A stretch of DNA of 60,918 bases, the filler included. It is 3 parts of 3 records of this genome, joined end to end, with 100 filler letters (N's around TTAATTAATTAA, not from the genome) between each part and the next. Parts side by side here need not be neighbours in the genome. Positions count along the whole stretch, not along the records: positions 1 to 16,609 come from SRR20825006_873; positions 16,710 to 29,698 come from SRR20825006_877; 1 more part is not named here. One strand, written 5' to 3'. The notes beneath the pieces are model-generated. The model did not search any database and had not been told where the DNA came from. It saw only the letters and a program-made list of their open reading frames with translations. Of the stretch, positions 10,078-18,085 are shown piece after piece. The position numbers and the translations under genes were made by a program. Each line of letters starts with the position of its first letter. The stretch's first letter is position 1.

Positions 10078-11253
10078 ATGAACACGCGCCTCGCCACATG
10101 GACGCTCGCTGCACTGTTGCTCGTCAACCTCGGTTGCTCGGGCGCTTCCCAGGAAAACAACGAGGAGAACAACACCTCGGAAAACAATACGGCCGCAGAT
10201 AACAACACCGCGGCCAATAACCAGTCCGCGAACAACACCAGCAGTGAGAACAACGCGACGACCGTGAACAACCAGACCACTCCGGCGACGGGTTATGATG
10301 GCCTGGTCATCAACGAGGTCGTCGCCTCGGGTGCGCCCGACTGGGTCGAGTTCAAGAACACCTCCGGTGCGGCGATCGATCTGACCGGATGCACCATCTC
10401 GGATGACCTGATGGACGCGACCAAGGGTGTTATCCCGGACGGCACGATGATTCCTGCGGGTGGCTACTTCGTGATCGATATCGCGGACGAGACCGTCGGC
10501 TTCAAGATCGGTGGCGACGAGGCGTTCGGCATCTTCGCGCCTGATGGCACGGTGATCGACTCGGTGGATTGGGACGAGGGGGCATCACCTGACGGAGGCT
10601 CGTTCGCCAGGTTGCCCGATGGCACGGGTGATTTTGTCACCACCAACACGCCGACGCGCGAAGCCGCGAACACGATCACCGAGAACAACCAGACGACCGA
10701 AAACAACACGACCACGGCGGTTTGTGGCGACGGCATCAAGGATGGCGATGACTCCTGCGATGGCGAGGATCTGGGCGATGCGACCTGCGAGATGCTCGGG
10801 TTCGATGGCGGCGAGCTCTCGTGTGATGCGAGCTGCGAGCTCGTGACGGATGCGTGCGAGATGGTGCCGAGCGCTGCGGTCGTGATCAACGAGGTCACGA
10901 GCTCGGGAGATGACCAGATCGAGCTCTACAACCTGGGCGCCGTCGAGGTCGACCTGTCCGGTTGGATCGTCGCTGATGACAAGTACCCCGAGGATGACAC
11001 CGAGATTTACACGTTCGCCACTGGTAGCAAGATCGAGCCTGGCGCCTACCTCGTGTTGGTCAAGGACACCGATCACACGTTCGGCGTCGGAGGCAATGAC
11101 ACCGTGACGCTCTACAACGCGGGCGGTGATATCGTCGATCAAGCCGCCATCGACCCGGACGGCGCCGCAGAGACCTCGTTCTGCCGTCTGCCAGACGCCA
11201 CTGGTGATTTCCAGAGCTGTGATACAGCGACGTTCGGCGACGCCAACGAGTGA
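10078..11253 (+). CDS. Lipoprotein with two lamin-tail domains, Asn/Thr-rich linkers and a myxobacterial Cys-rich repeat
   Basis: Lipobox LVNLGC; LVINEV..DWVEFKN..IDLTG and VVINEV..DQIELYN..VDLSGW; CGDGIKDGDDSCDGEDLGDATC..GFDGGELSCDASC. Confidence 0.85.
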   Translation: MNTRLATWTLAALLLVNLGCSGASQENNEENNTSENNTAADNNTAANNQSANNTSSENNATTVNNQTTPATGYDGLVINEVVASGAPDWVEFKNTSGAAIDLTGCTISDDLMDATKGVIPDGTMIPAGGYFVIDIADETVGFKIGGDEAFGIFAPDGTVIDSVDWDEGASPDGGSFARLPDGTGDFVTTNTPTREAANTITENNQTTENNTTTAVCGDGIKDGDDSCDGEDLGDATCEMLGFDGGELSCDASCELVTDACEMVPSAAVVINEVTSSGDDQIELYNLGAVEVDLSGWIVADDKYPEDDTEIYTFATGSKIEPGAYLVLVKDTDHTFGVGGNDTVTLYNAGGDIVDQAAIDPDGAAETSFCRLPDATGDFQSCDTATFGDANE

Positions 11254-11288
11254 TTCTGTAAAACAGCGTGTGCCACCGAGGGTGGCCC

Positions 11289-11372
11289 GCGAAACAAGCC
11301 GGCGCGCCATTTTGCTGCGAGGTTGGAGTCGTCTGATTCCATTCAGCAAAATGGCGCGCCGGCTTGTTTCGC
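11289..11372. repeat. Long intergenic palindrome (29-bp perfect arms, 26-nt loop), REP-like or terminator
   Basis: GCGAAACAAGCCGGCGCGCCATTTTGCTG (11289-11317) and its exact reverse complement (11344-11372). Confidence 0.9.
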
Positions 11373-11549
11373 TCAGCACGAGCACCGCGAAGCAGTCAAA
11401 AAACCGTCCTCTCGACGCAACATTTTCAAACAACTTCCCGAAAACCGAATCGAACGGATGACGCGGCGAGCACTTGACCGAGCGTCGTAGTATCGATTAC
11501 CCAGGAAGGGCGCCAGAGCTGAACAGAGCGCGAGCGCGGCGGAGAGACG

Positions 11550-12260
11550 ATGAGAAAGGTATCCAGGACGTTAAGTTGCCTCTTTATCGGGGCGATCCTT
11601 TCGATCACAATGCTCGACGCGCGCGCGGTGCATGGTCAGCAGGCGCCACCACTCAAGGATGAGACGGCGTCTTCTTCGCCGGTGGTGCCTGCTGATGATG
11701 CACCGCGCGAACCTTCACAGGTTCCCTCTGAGATCAATCCTTCCAGCGCGACACCCACACCATCTGATGCCTCGAACACGCGACTCACGCGTGCGGAACG
11801 CGACGCGCTCTCCGAGCGAATCGATCGCGCGGCAAAGAGCGGTGATACCTCCGTTCAGGGCTCACGCGAGGTCTCGACAGGCTATGGAAGCCTGCTCCTC
11901 CAGATGGTCATCTCACTCGGCATCGTCTGTTTGCTCGCCTACTTGCTGCTTCGCTACGGCTTGAAGCGCTTGCTGCCCGATCAGAATCAAAAGGGGCAGA
12001 TGGAGGTCCTGGCCAGGTTGCCGCTCGAGCCGCGCCGCACGCTGCTCGTGGTCAAGGTCGGCGAGAAGGTGTTGGTGTTGGCCAGCAGCGAGTCGGGCAT
12101 TCAACCTGTCTCGGAGCTCTCCGCCGAGGAGGCAGCTATCTTCCTCGAACAGGCCGAAGATGGCGGTGATACTGGCAATGCCAGCAAGAAGCCGTTCTCG
12201 CTCGTGCTGAAAGAGACCGACGCAGCCCCCGAAAACGCACCTGCCATAGAACCGCAGTGA
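11550..12260 (+). CDS. fliO: FliO/MopB-family protein with signal peptide and Pro/Ser-rich linker
   Basis: TM LLLQMVISLGIVCLLAYLLLRY followed by MEVLARLPLEPRRTLLVVKVGEKVLVLASSESGIQPVSEL. Confidence 0.75.
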   Translation: MRKVSRTLSCLFIGAILSITMLDARAVHGQQAPPLKDETASSSPVVPADDAPREPSQVPSEINPSSATPTPSDASNTRLTRAERDALSERIDRAAKSGDTSVQGSREVSTGYGSLLLQMVISLGIVCLLAYLLLRYGLKRLLPDQNQKGQMEVLARLPLEPRRTLLVVKVGEKVLVLASSESGIQPVSELSAEEAAIFLEQAEDGGDTGNASKKPFSLVLKETDAAPENAPAIEPQ

Positions 12261-12298
12261 GCTTTGCGCGTGTCCCCCTTCTCGAAGCTTCCTCCGAC

Positions 12299-12703
12299 CT
12301 ATGGCGCGACGAGCTCGACCTTGATGCGGTCGGGATCCTCGAAGAAGACTGCGTAGTAATCGGGACCGCCAGCGTATGGGTGGCGATCCTCATAGAGGAT
12401 GGAGACGCCTCGCTCGCGCAGCGCAGCGGTGACGGCGTCGACCTGTTCGCGCGATTCTGCGTGAAACGCGAGGTGATTTAGCCCGACGCGGCAGCGGTGA
12501 TACTCGGGCTCTGCGAAGCGCTCTTCGACCTGTACGAACACGAGATAAGTATCGCCAAGCTCCCAGCTCTGTCCGCCGTCCCAGTCGGCGATGCATTCGT
12601 AGCCGAGCTCACCGAGGAACCAGGACCAGAACGCCACCGTTTGCTCTAAATCACTGACGTAGAGTTCGACGTGGTGGAGAAGCCCTGCGCGCGATCTTGT
12701 CAT
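12299..12703 (-). CDS. VOC/glyoxalase family protein
   Basis: LHHVELYVSDLE, GLNHLAFHAESREQVD, YAVFFEDPDRIKVEL. Confidence 0.9.
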   Translation of the reverse strand: MTRSRAGLLHHVELYVSDLEQTVAFWSWFLGELGYECIADWDGGQSWELGDTYLVFVQVEERFAEPEYHRCRVGLNHLAFHAESREQVDAVTAALRERGVSILYEDRHPYAGGPDYYAVFFEDPDRIKVELVAP

Positions 12704-12806
12704 TTGTGGACTCGTGGTGTTCGGGTTTTAAGGATCATAAGAGAGGCAAAGGTGTGATACAACATCGCGCGACTCCCCAGAAGCATCGAGTATCTTCGAC
12801 ACCCTC

Positions 12807-13358
12807 CTAGCCGAGGCTAAAATAAGTCACCGTGGTGAAGTAGAGGCCAAGGTTTTGCTGCCAGTCTTCGACGGCGCGTCTTACGTCGTAATCGTCGATG
12901 CTCTCGAGCGATGCGTTGGGATCTTGAATAAGGTTCTGGACGCGCTCTGTGGCCTGGCGAGCACGGTCGGCGTAGTAGCGTGTCTCGGCCTCCATCTCGT
13001 CGAGGGAGTAGCAACCGAGCTCGAGGAGTTCGCCAACCTCGAGGTGATAGCGCTCGCCACGGTAATCCTCGGACTGGAGCATCTTTAGCGCTTCTTGCTT
13101 GTCCCGAGCAAAGTTCGGGTCATCGAGCTTTGGTTCGAGCCACTCCAGAAACGCGACGAACAGCTCGAGCCCTTTCTTTGCGTCACCGGAGAGGGCGATT
13201 TTCTCGTCCACGACCCAGATCGAGGAAGCCTCGACGCGCGTATCGACGCCGACGAGCAACAGGTGAGAGAGCGGCACCTCGGTGCGCCATTCGGAGAAGT
13301 CCTTGTAGGCGTCCTTTCCCTCTTCGGGCTGAACATAAAGATAAGATCGATTGGCCAT
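12807..13358 (-). CDS. Hypothetical acidic protein (starts MANRSYLY)
   Basis: Open frame with host-like codon usage from ATG 13358; no recognised motif. Confidence 0.6.
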   Translation of the reverse strand: MANRSYLYVQPEEGKDAYKDFSEWRTEVPLSHLLLVGVDTRVEASSIWVVDEKIALSGDAKKGLELFVAFLEWLEPKLDDPNFARDKQEALKMLQSEDYRGERYHLEVGELLELGCYSLDEMEAETRYYADRARQATERVQNLIQDPNASLESIDDYDVRRAVEDWQQNLGLYFTTVTYFSLG

Positions 13359-13480
13359 GATGAATCTCGCTGCGCGTGGGAACAATACGGGATCGCGGGG
13401 CTGATATTGTGCGCATATGGCTCGACATGCCACCCAGAAACCGATCGTGAAACGATCTTCCAACCACTAGACAATGCTTG

Positions 13481-13496
13481 TGTTTCACGTGAAACA
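13481..13496. promoter_or_regulatory. parS site (perfect consensus)
   Basis: TGTTTCACGTGAAACA, 16-bp palindrome, intergenic upstream of polA. Confidence 0.85.
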
Positions 13497-13644
13497 TAGG
13501 CATTGGTTCCACGCAGGGAGAGCGGTCGAGGAGAGGGATTTCACGACAGGTTTTATGCGATGAATTCCGCTTGCAAGGAAGGATCACAAGTGGTGTGTTA
13601 GCCTGCAAAACCCACCACTCTTTCTTCAGAGAAGAGCACACCCC

Positions 13645-16533
13645 ATGACAGACTCCGAAACGCCCCCCACACTCTACATCGTCGATGGTTCGGCCTACAT
13701 CTACCGCGCCTATTACGGGATGCGACGCCGACTCTCGAACTCGGCGGGTCTGCCCACCAACGCGATCTATGCGTTCGTGAACATGATCAAGACGCTGATC
13801 GAGCAGGAAGATCCCGACTACCTAGCGGTGACCTTCGATCGTTATGACGAGGAGGACGAGGGGAAGTCGTTTCGACACGAGCTCTACGAGGACTACAAGG
13901 CAAACCGCGAGGCGATGCCCGAGGATCTGTGGGCGCAGGTGCCGTACTTCGAAAAGTTCATCCGCGCGATGAACATCCCCGTGCTCATCGAGACCGGCGT
14001 CGAAGCCGATGATGTCATCGCGACGATGACCAGGCTCGCGCTGGATGAAGATCTCGGGGTCTGCATCGTCAGCGCGGACAAGGATCTGATGCAGCTGCTC
14101 GGGGACGAGCGCGTGCGCATGATCGACACGATGAACGACAAGACCTTCACCATCGAGGATGTGCGCGATCGATTTGGCGTCGAGCCAGACCAGGTCAAGT
14201 ACGTCCTCGCGCTCGCTGGGGATACCAGTGATAACGTGCCCGGTGTGCCAGGGATCGGCGAGAAGACGGGTGGGAAGTTGATCGAGGAGTGGGGCGATCT
14301 CGAGACGTTGCTCGATAACATCGAGAACGTGTCGGGCAAAAAGCGTAAGGAGAACCTCGAGAACTTCGCCGATCAAGCGAGGTTGTCGCTCGAGCTGGTG
14401 ACGCTCAAGGATGACCTCGAGCTGGAGTTTGACCTCGATAAACTCATCGTCAGCGCGCCCGATATGGACGCGTTTTTGGAGTTGATGAGCGAGTTGGAGT
14501 TTCACTCCACCGTCAAGGCGCTCTCGAAGTGGTTCGAGAAGCGCGGTTGGACGGAATCGGTGACGATGGTCACCAAGCAAGCCGCCGCGAAACCTGCCGC
14601 GACCGAGGACTCGAGCGGTCAGCAGCTCCTGTTTGGCTCCGCTCCATCGAAAGAAGCGGCGAAAGGGGAGGGCGGACAACAGGTCACGCTCTCCAAGCCG
14701 GACAAGACCTATACGACGATATGGACCGAGGAGGAGCTCGACGAGGTTATCGATGCCTTGAACAAGGCGGAGCGCTGGGCGTTTGACCTCGAGACGACGA
14801 GCCTCGAGGCGATGGACGCGCAGATCGTCGGGTTCGCGTTCGCGTGGGAGAAGGACAAGGCCGTTTATATCCCCGTCGCGCACGAGCTTCCCGAGGACTC
14901 CGAGGAAGAAGAGCTCCCCGCGCAGCTGTCCCGAGAGCTCGTGTTGCAGAAGGTCAAGCCGCTGCTCGAGGACACCGCGCGAAAGAAGATCGGGCAACAC
15001 ATCAAGTACGAGCGCATGGTGTTGCACAAGTACGACATCACCTATCAGGGCGTGCTCTATGACACGATGCTGATGAGTTACTTGCTCAACCCTGGGAAGA
15101 CCTCGCATGGGTTGGACGCGCTCGCGCTCGAGTTTTTGGCCTACAAGATGACCTCGTATGAAGAGGTCGCCGGCAAGGGCAAGAAGCAGATCCCCTTCGC
15201 GCACGTGCCGATCGATGTCGCCACGTTGTACGCCGCCGAGGACGCCGATATCACCTTGCAGCTCTGCGAGATCATGGAGCCACTGCTCGAGGAGGCGGAG
15301 CTTCGCGGGCTGCACGATGATATGGAGCTGCCGCTGACGGAAGTCCTGGCCGTGATGGAGCTCACCGGCGTGTGTGTCGACACCGAGATCCTCGGCGAGA
15401 TGAGCGCGCAGTTCGACGAGGAGCTCGGGCAACTTCAAAAGGACATCAACGAGGCCGCCGAGCAGGAAGAAGAGGACGGTGATCTCAACCCGAACAGCCC
15501 CAAGCAGCTCCGAGAGGTGCTCTTCGAGCGGTTGAACCTGCCCGTCAAAAAGCGCACCAAGTCCGGCCCATCGACTGATTCTTCGGTGCTCAATGCGCTC
15601 TCCGCGCTGCACGAGTTGCCAGAGCTTATCCTGGAGTACCGCCAGTTCTCCAAGCTCAAAGGGACCTACGTCGACGCCTTGCCGGAGCTGGTCAGGAAAG
15701 ACACCGGTCGCATTCACACCGACTTCAACCAGGCGATCACGGCGACCGGGCGACTCTCGAGCTCGAACCCCAACCTGCAAAACATCCCGATTCGCACCGC
15801 GCGCGGCAGACAAATCCGCGGCGCGTTCGTGCCACAGGATGGTTGGAAGCTGCTCGGGGTCGATTACTCGCAGATCGAGTTGAGGATCATGGCGCACATG
15901 GCCAAGGACCCGATCATGCTCAAAGCGTATCAGGAAGGCGCCGACATCCACGCGACCACCGCCGCCAAGATCTTTGACGTCGAGCTCGAAGAGGTCACGC
16001 GCGAGCAACGCGGCGCTGGCAAGACGATCAACTTCGGCGTGATGTACGGGATGGGACCACAGCGCCTGTCCGAGACCTTGAAGATCACGCTCGATCAGGC
16101 AAAGACCTACATCGACAACTACTTCGAGCGCTACGAGGGCGTGCGCGAGTTCTTCGACGGGTTGATCGAGGAAGCCAAACTCACGGGCGCTGCCTACACG
16201 ATGTTTGGACGCAGGCGCCTGATCCCCGAGATCAACGCAGGCGGCCGCTCGGGCGCCTTCGCAGAGCGCGTCGCGCAGAACACGCCGATCCAGGGCACCG
16301 CCGCAGACATCATCAAGCTCGCGATGATCAAGATCCAGCGCGACATCGAGGAGCAGAAGATGCCGATGAACATGCTCCTCCAGGTGCACGATGAACTCGT
16401 CTTCGAGGTCGAGGCGGACTTCCTCGAGGAAGCCACCAAGTATGTGATCGATGCGATGGAAAACATCGTCGAGCTCGACGTGCCACTCAAGGCCGACGCT
16501 GGCGTGGGCGATAACTGGCTCGACGCGAAGTGA
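13645..16533 (+). CDS. polA: DNA polymerase I
   Basis: 5'-3' exo (IVDGS..YRAYY, EADDVIAT, GDTSDNVPGVPGIGEKT), 3'-5' exo (FDLETT, YAAEDAD), pol motifs TGRLSSSNPNLQNIP, DYSQIELR, KTINFGVMYG, LQVHDELVFE. Confidence 0.98.
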   Translation: MTDSETPPTLYIVDGSAYIYRAYYGMRRRLSNSAGLPTNAIYAFVNMIKTLIEQEDPDYLAVTFDRYDEEDEGKSFRHELYEDYKANREAMPEDLWAQVPYFEKFIRAMNIPVLIETGVEADDVIATMTRLALDEDLGVCIVSADKDLMQLLGDERVRMIDTMNDKTFTIEDVRDRFGVEPDQVKYVLALAGDTSDNVPGVPGIGEKTGGKLIEEWGDLETLLDNIENVSGKKRKENLENFADQARLSLELVTLKDDLELEFDLDKLIVSAPDMDAFLELMSELEFHSTVKALSKWFEKRGWTESVTMVTKQAAAKPAATEDSSGQQLLFGSAPSKEAAKGEGGQQVTLSKPDKTYTTIWTEEELDEVIDALNKAERWAFDLETTSLEAMDAQIVGFAFAWEKDKAVYIPVAHELPEDSEEEELPAQLSRELVLQKVKPLLEDTARKKIGQHIKYERMVLHKYDITYQGVLYDTMLMSYLLNPGKTSHGLDALALEFLAYKMTSYEEVAGKGKKQIPFAHVPIDVATLYAAEDADITLQLCEIMEPLLEEAELRGLHDDMELPLTEVLAVMELTGVCVDTEILGEMSAQFDEELGQLQKDINEAAEQEEEDGDLNPNSPKQLREVLFERLNLPVKKRTKSGPSTDSSVLNALSALHELPELILEYRQFSKLKGTYVDALPELVRKDTGRIHTDFNQAITATGRLSSSNPNLQNIPIRTARGRQIRGAFVPQDGWKLLGVDYSQIELRIMAHMAKDPIMLKAYQEGADIHATTAAKIFDVELEEVTREQRGAGKTINFGVMYGMGPQRLSETLKITLDQAKTYIDNYFERYEGVREFFDGLIEEAKLTGAAYTMFGRRRLIPEINAGGRSGAFAERVAQNTPIQGTAADIIKLAMIKIQRDIEEQKMPMNMLLQVHDELVFEVEADFLEEATKYVIDAMENIVELDVPLKADAGVGDNWLDAK

Positions 16534-16585
16534 CCTGCGCGGCAGTGCTTTCACTCTAAAACGCGACCCATCGCGCCGAAAAAGA

Positions 16586-16609
16586 GAGGGGCCGCGACAT
16601 TTGCCACCG
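16586..16609. repeat. Truncated copy of the palindromic repeat family at the contig end
   Basis: GAGGGGCCGCGACATTTGCCACCG matches the reverse complement of 20269-20292 at 23/24 positions. Confidence 0.75.
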
Positions 16610-16709
16610 NNNNNNNNNNNNNNNNNNNNNNNNNNNNNNNNNNNNNNNNNNNNTTAATTAATTAANNNNNNNNNNNNNNNNNNNNNNNNNNNNNNNNNNN
16701 NNNNNNNNN
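16610..16709. other. Artificial contig spacer
   Basis: N44-TTAATTAATTAA-N44, stop codons in all six frames. Confidence 0.98.
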
Positions 16710-16736
16710 GAGGCGACATGTTTCACATGTCGCCTC
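16710..16736. repeat. Hairpin related to the GGCGACAT palindrome family
   Basis: GAGGCGACATG-TTTCA-CATGTCGCCTC, 11-bp perfect arms at the contig start. Confidence 0.7.
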
Positions 16737-16845
16737 GCCGCGTCTCCTGGGCTGTTTTTGTCCTCGTAAAGCTCTGGAAGAGCTCTGTCACCAGGGTGAT
16801 TTTTCCACACCAGAGAGTTCGGTGACAAAATGGAGGATCGCGCTT

Positions 16846-18060
16846 TCAGGAGGGATGCAGCAGCAGATGCAGCGTGTTCTGGAATCCAGAAACCTCTTCG
16901 ATTTCGCGAACTCGCGCAGGGGTCGCGAGGTCAGGCGCGAGGATAATCGCGCGAATCTCAGCGTCGATTCTGGCGCGCTGGAGAGGGATTTTTTTGGCGT
17001 CCTCCACGAGCGATGCGCGATAGATCGCGAACTCGCGCTCGAGCGCGGTCTGAACGAGCCTGGCACTCATCGTGTAGAGTTCGTTTTGGATCGCGCTGTC
17101 ATCGCGGCCCTCGGCGCGGAGCTGCTCTCGCACAGTTTGCGAAGAGAGGCGTTTGTCGAAGGGCACGAGCTCGAGCTCGAAGATCGTCTCGCACTGTCGA
17201 GCGCTCGCAGATGTGCTCGCCCTGCACACCGGGCTGCCGAACTCGGTGGCGATCTCGACGCCGTGCGCGCTCTCCGGCTCGGACAGCAACGAGAGCTTCA
17301 TCCCCTCGGGCCACCGCACGCGCTCGAGGTGTGCGGCGATGGTCGAGGCAGGTTGCGCGAGCGTATCCTGTGGCATCACGACCTGGAAGGCATAGCGATC
17401 GAGGATGCGCTCGCGCATACGCTCGCGATGCTCGGCGTATTTGACCTGCTCGCGATCGAGCTGCGCGGCCTTCGACCAGGTGAGCAACGCGCTCCCCCAC
17501 AGACGTTGATCCTCATCTGCGTGAGCGCGCGCCTCGAGTCGATCGAGCCACTGCTGGCGAATCCTCGCGAGCTGCTGCTTTGCGTTCGCGCGCTCGTCGG
17601 GGAACTCGGTGGCGATCAATAACTGGAGCTCGAAGGCGTTCTGAAAATCCTTGCGCGATACAGCAGCGCGCGCGGCGCTATCCGCGCGCCTGTACGCCTC
17701 CTCCGCGAAGGCATCCATGCCCGGATAATCGGCCCCGAGCTCGTGCATGGCTCTGGAGAAGGCGTCGATGCCTGCTCTGGCGGAGCCCTGATCGAAGGAC
17801 TCCCGCGAGGTAGTCAGCCGCTGCGTGAAGAGCGCCTGTCGCGTCTCTTCGAGGCGCGTGCTCACGCGCTCGTTCTCGGGCTCCTGGCTGGCGGCGCGTT
17901 CGTAGTGCGGCAACGCCAGGTGAAACGCGCCGCGCTTGTAATAAAGATCCCCCTGTCGCTCCGCTTCAGAGGATTGTTGTTGCGTCGTCGCGCACGCGCT
18001 CGCGACAAGGAGCAAACCGCTCGCAAGGATCACGGGTGAGGCAGAAAATCCAGTATTCAT
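16846..18060 (-). CDS. TPR-like helical lipoprotein
   Basis: Lipobox LVASAC; AERQGDLYYKRGAFHLALPHYERAASQEP TPR-like unit. Confidence 0.65.
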   Translation of the reverse strand: MNTGFSASPVILASGLLLVASACATTQQQSSEAERQGDLYYKRGAFHLALPHYERAASQEPENERVSTRLEETRQALFTQRLTTSRESFDQGSARAGIDAFSRAMHELGADYPGMDAFAEEAYRRADSAARAAVSRKDFQNAFELQLLIATEFPDERANAKQQLARIRQQWLDRLEARAHADEDQRLWGSALLTWSKAAQLDREQVKYAEHRERMRERILDRYAFQVVMPQDTLAQPASTIAAHLERVRWPEGMKLSLLSEPESAHGVEIATEFGSPVCRASTSASARQCETIFELELVPFDKRLSSQTVREQLRAEGRDDSAIQNELYTMSARLVQTALEREFAIYRASLVEDAKKIPLQRARIDAEIRAIILAPDLATPARVREIEEVSGFQNTLHLLLHPS

Positions 18061-18085
18061 GGGCACTATCGTCTGTTTCGAGAAA

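Noticed and set aside
13822-16554. 910-aa ORF antisense to polA
   Set aside because: In-register mirror of a strongly biased high-GC gene; no motifs. Typical antisense shadow.
16654-16665. TTAATTAATTAA palindromes within N runs (also 29743-29754)
   Set aside because: Identical synthetic six-frame-stop linkers, not biological sites.
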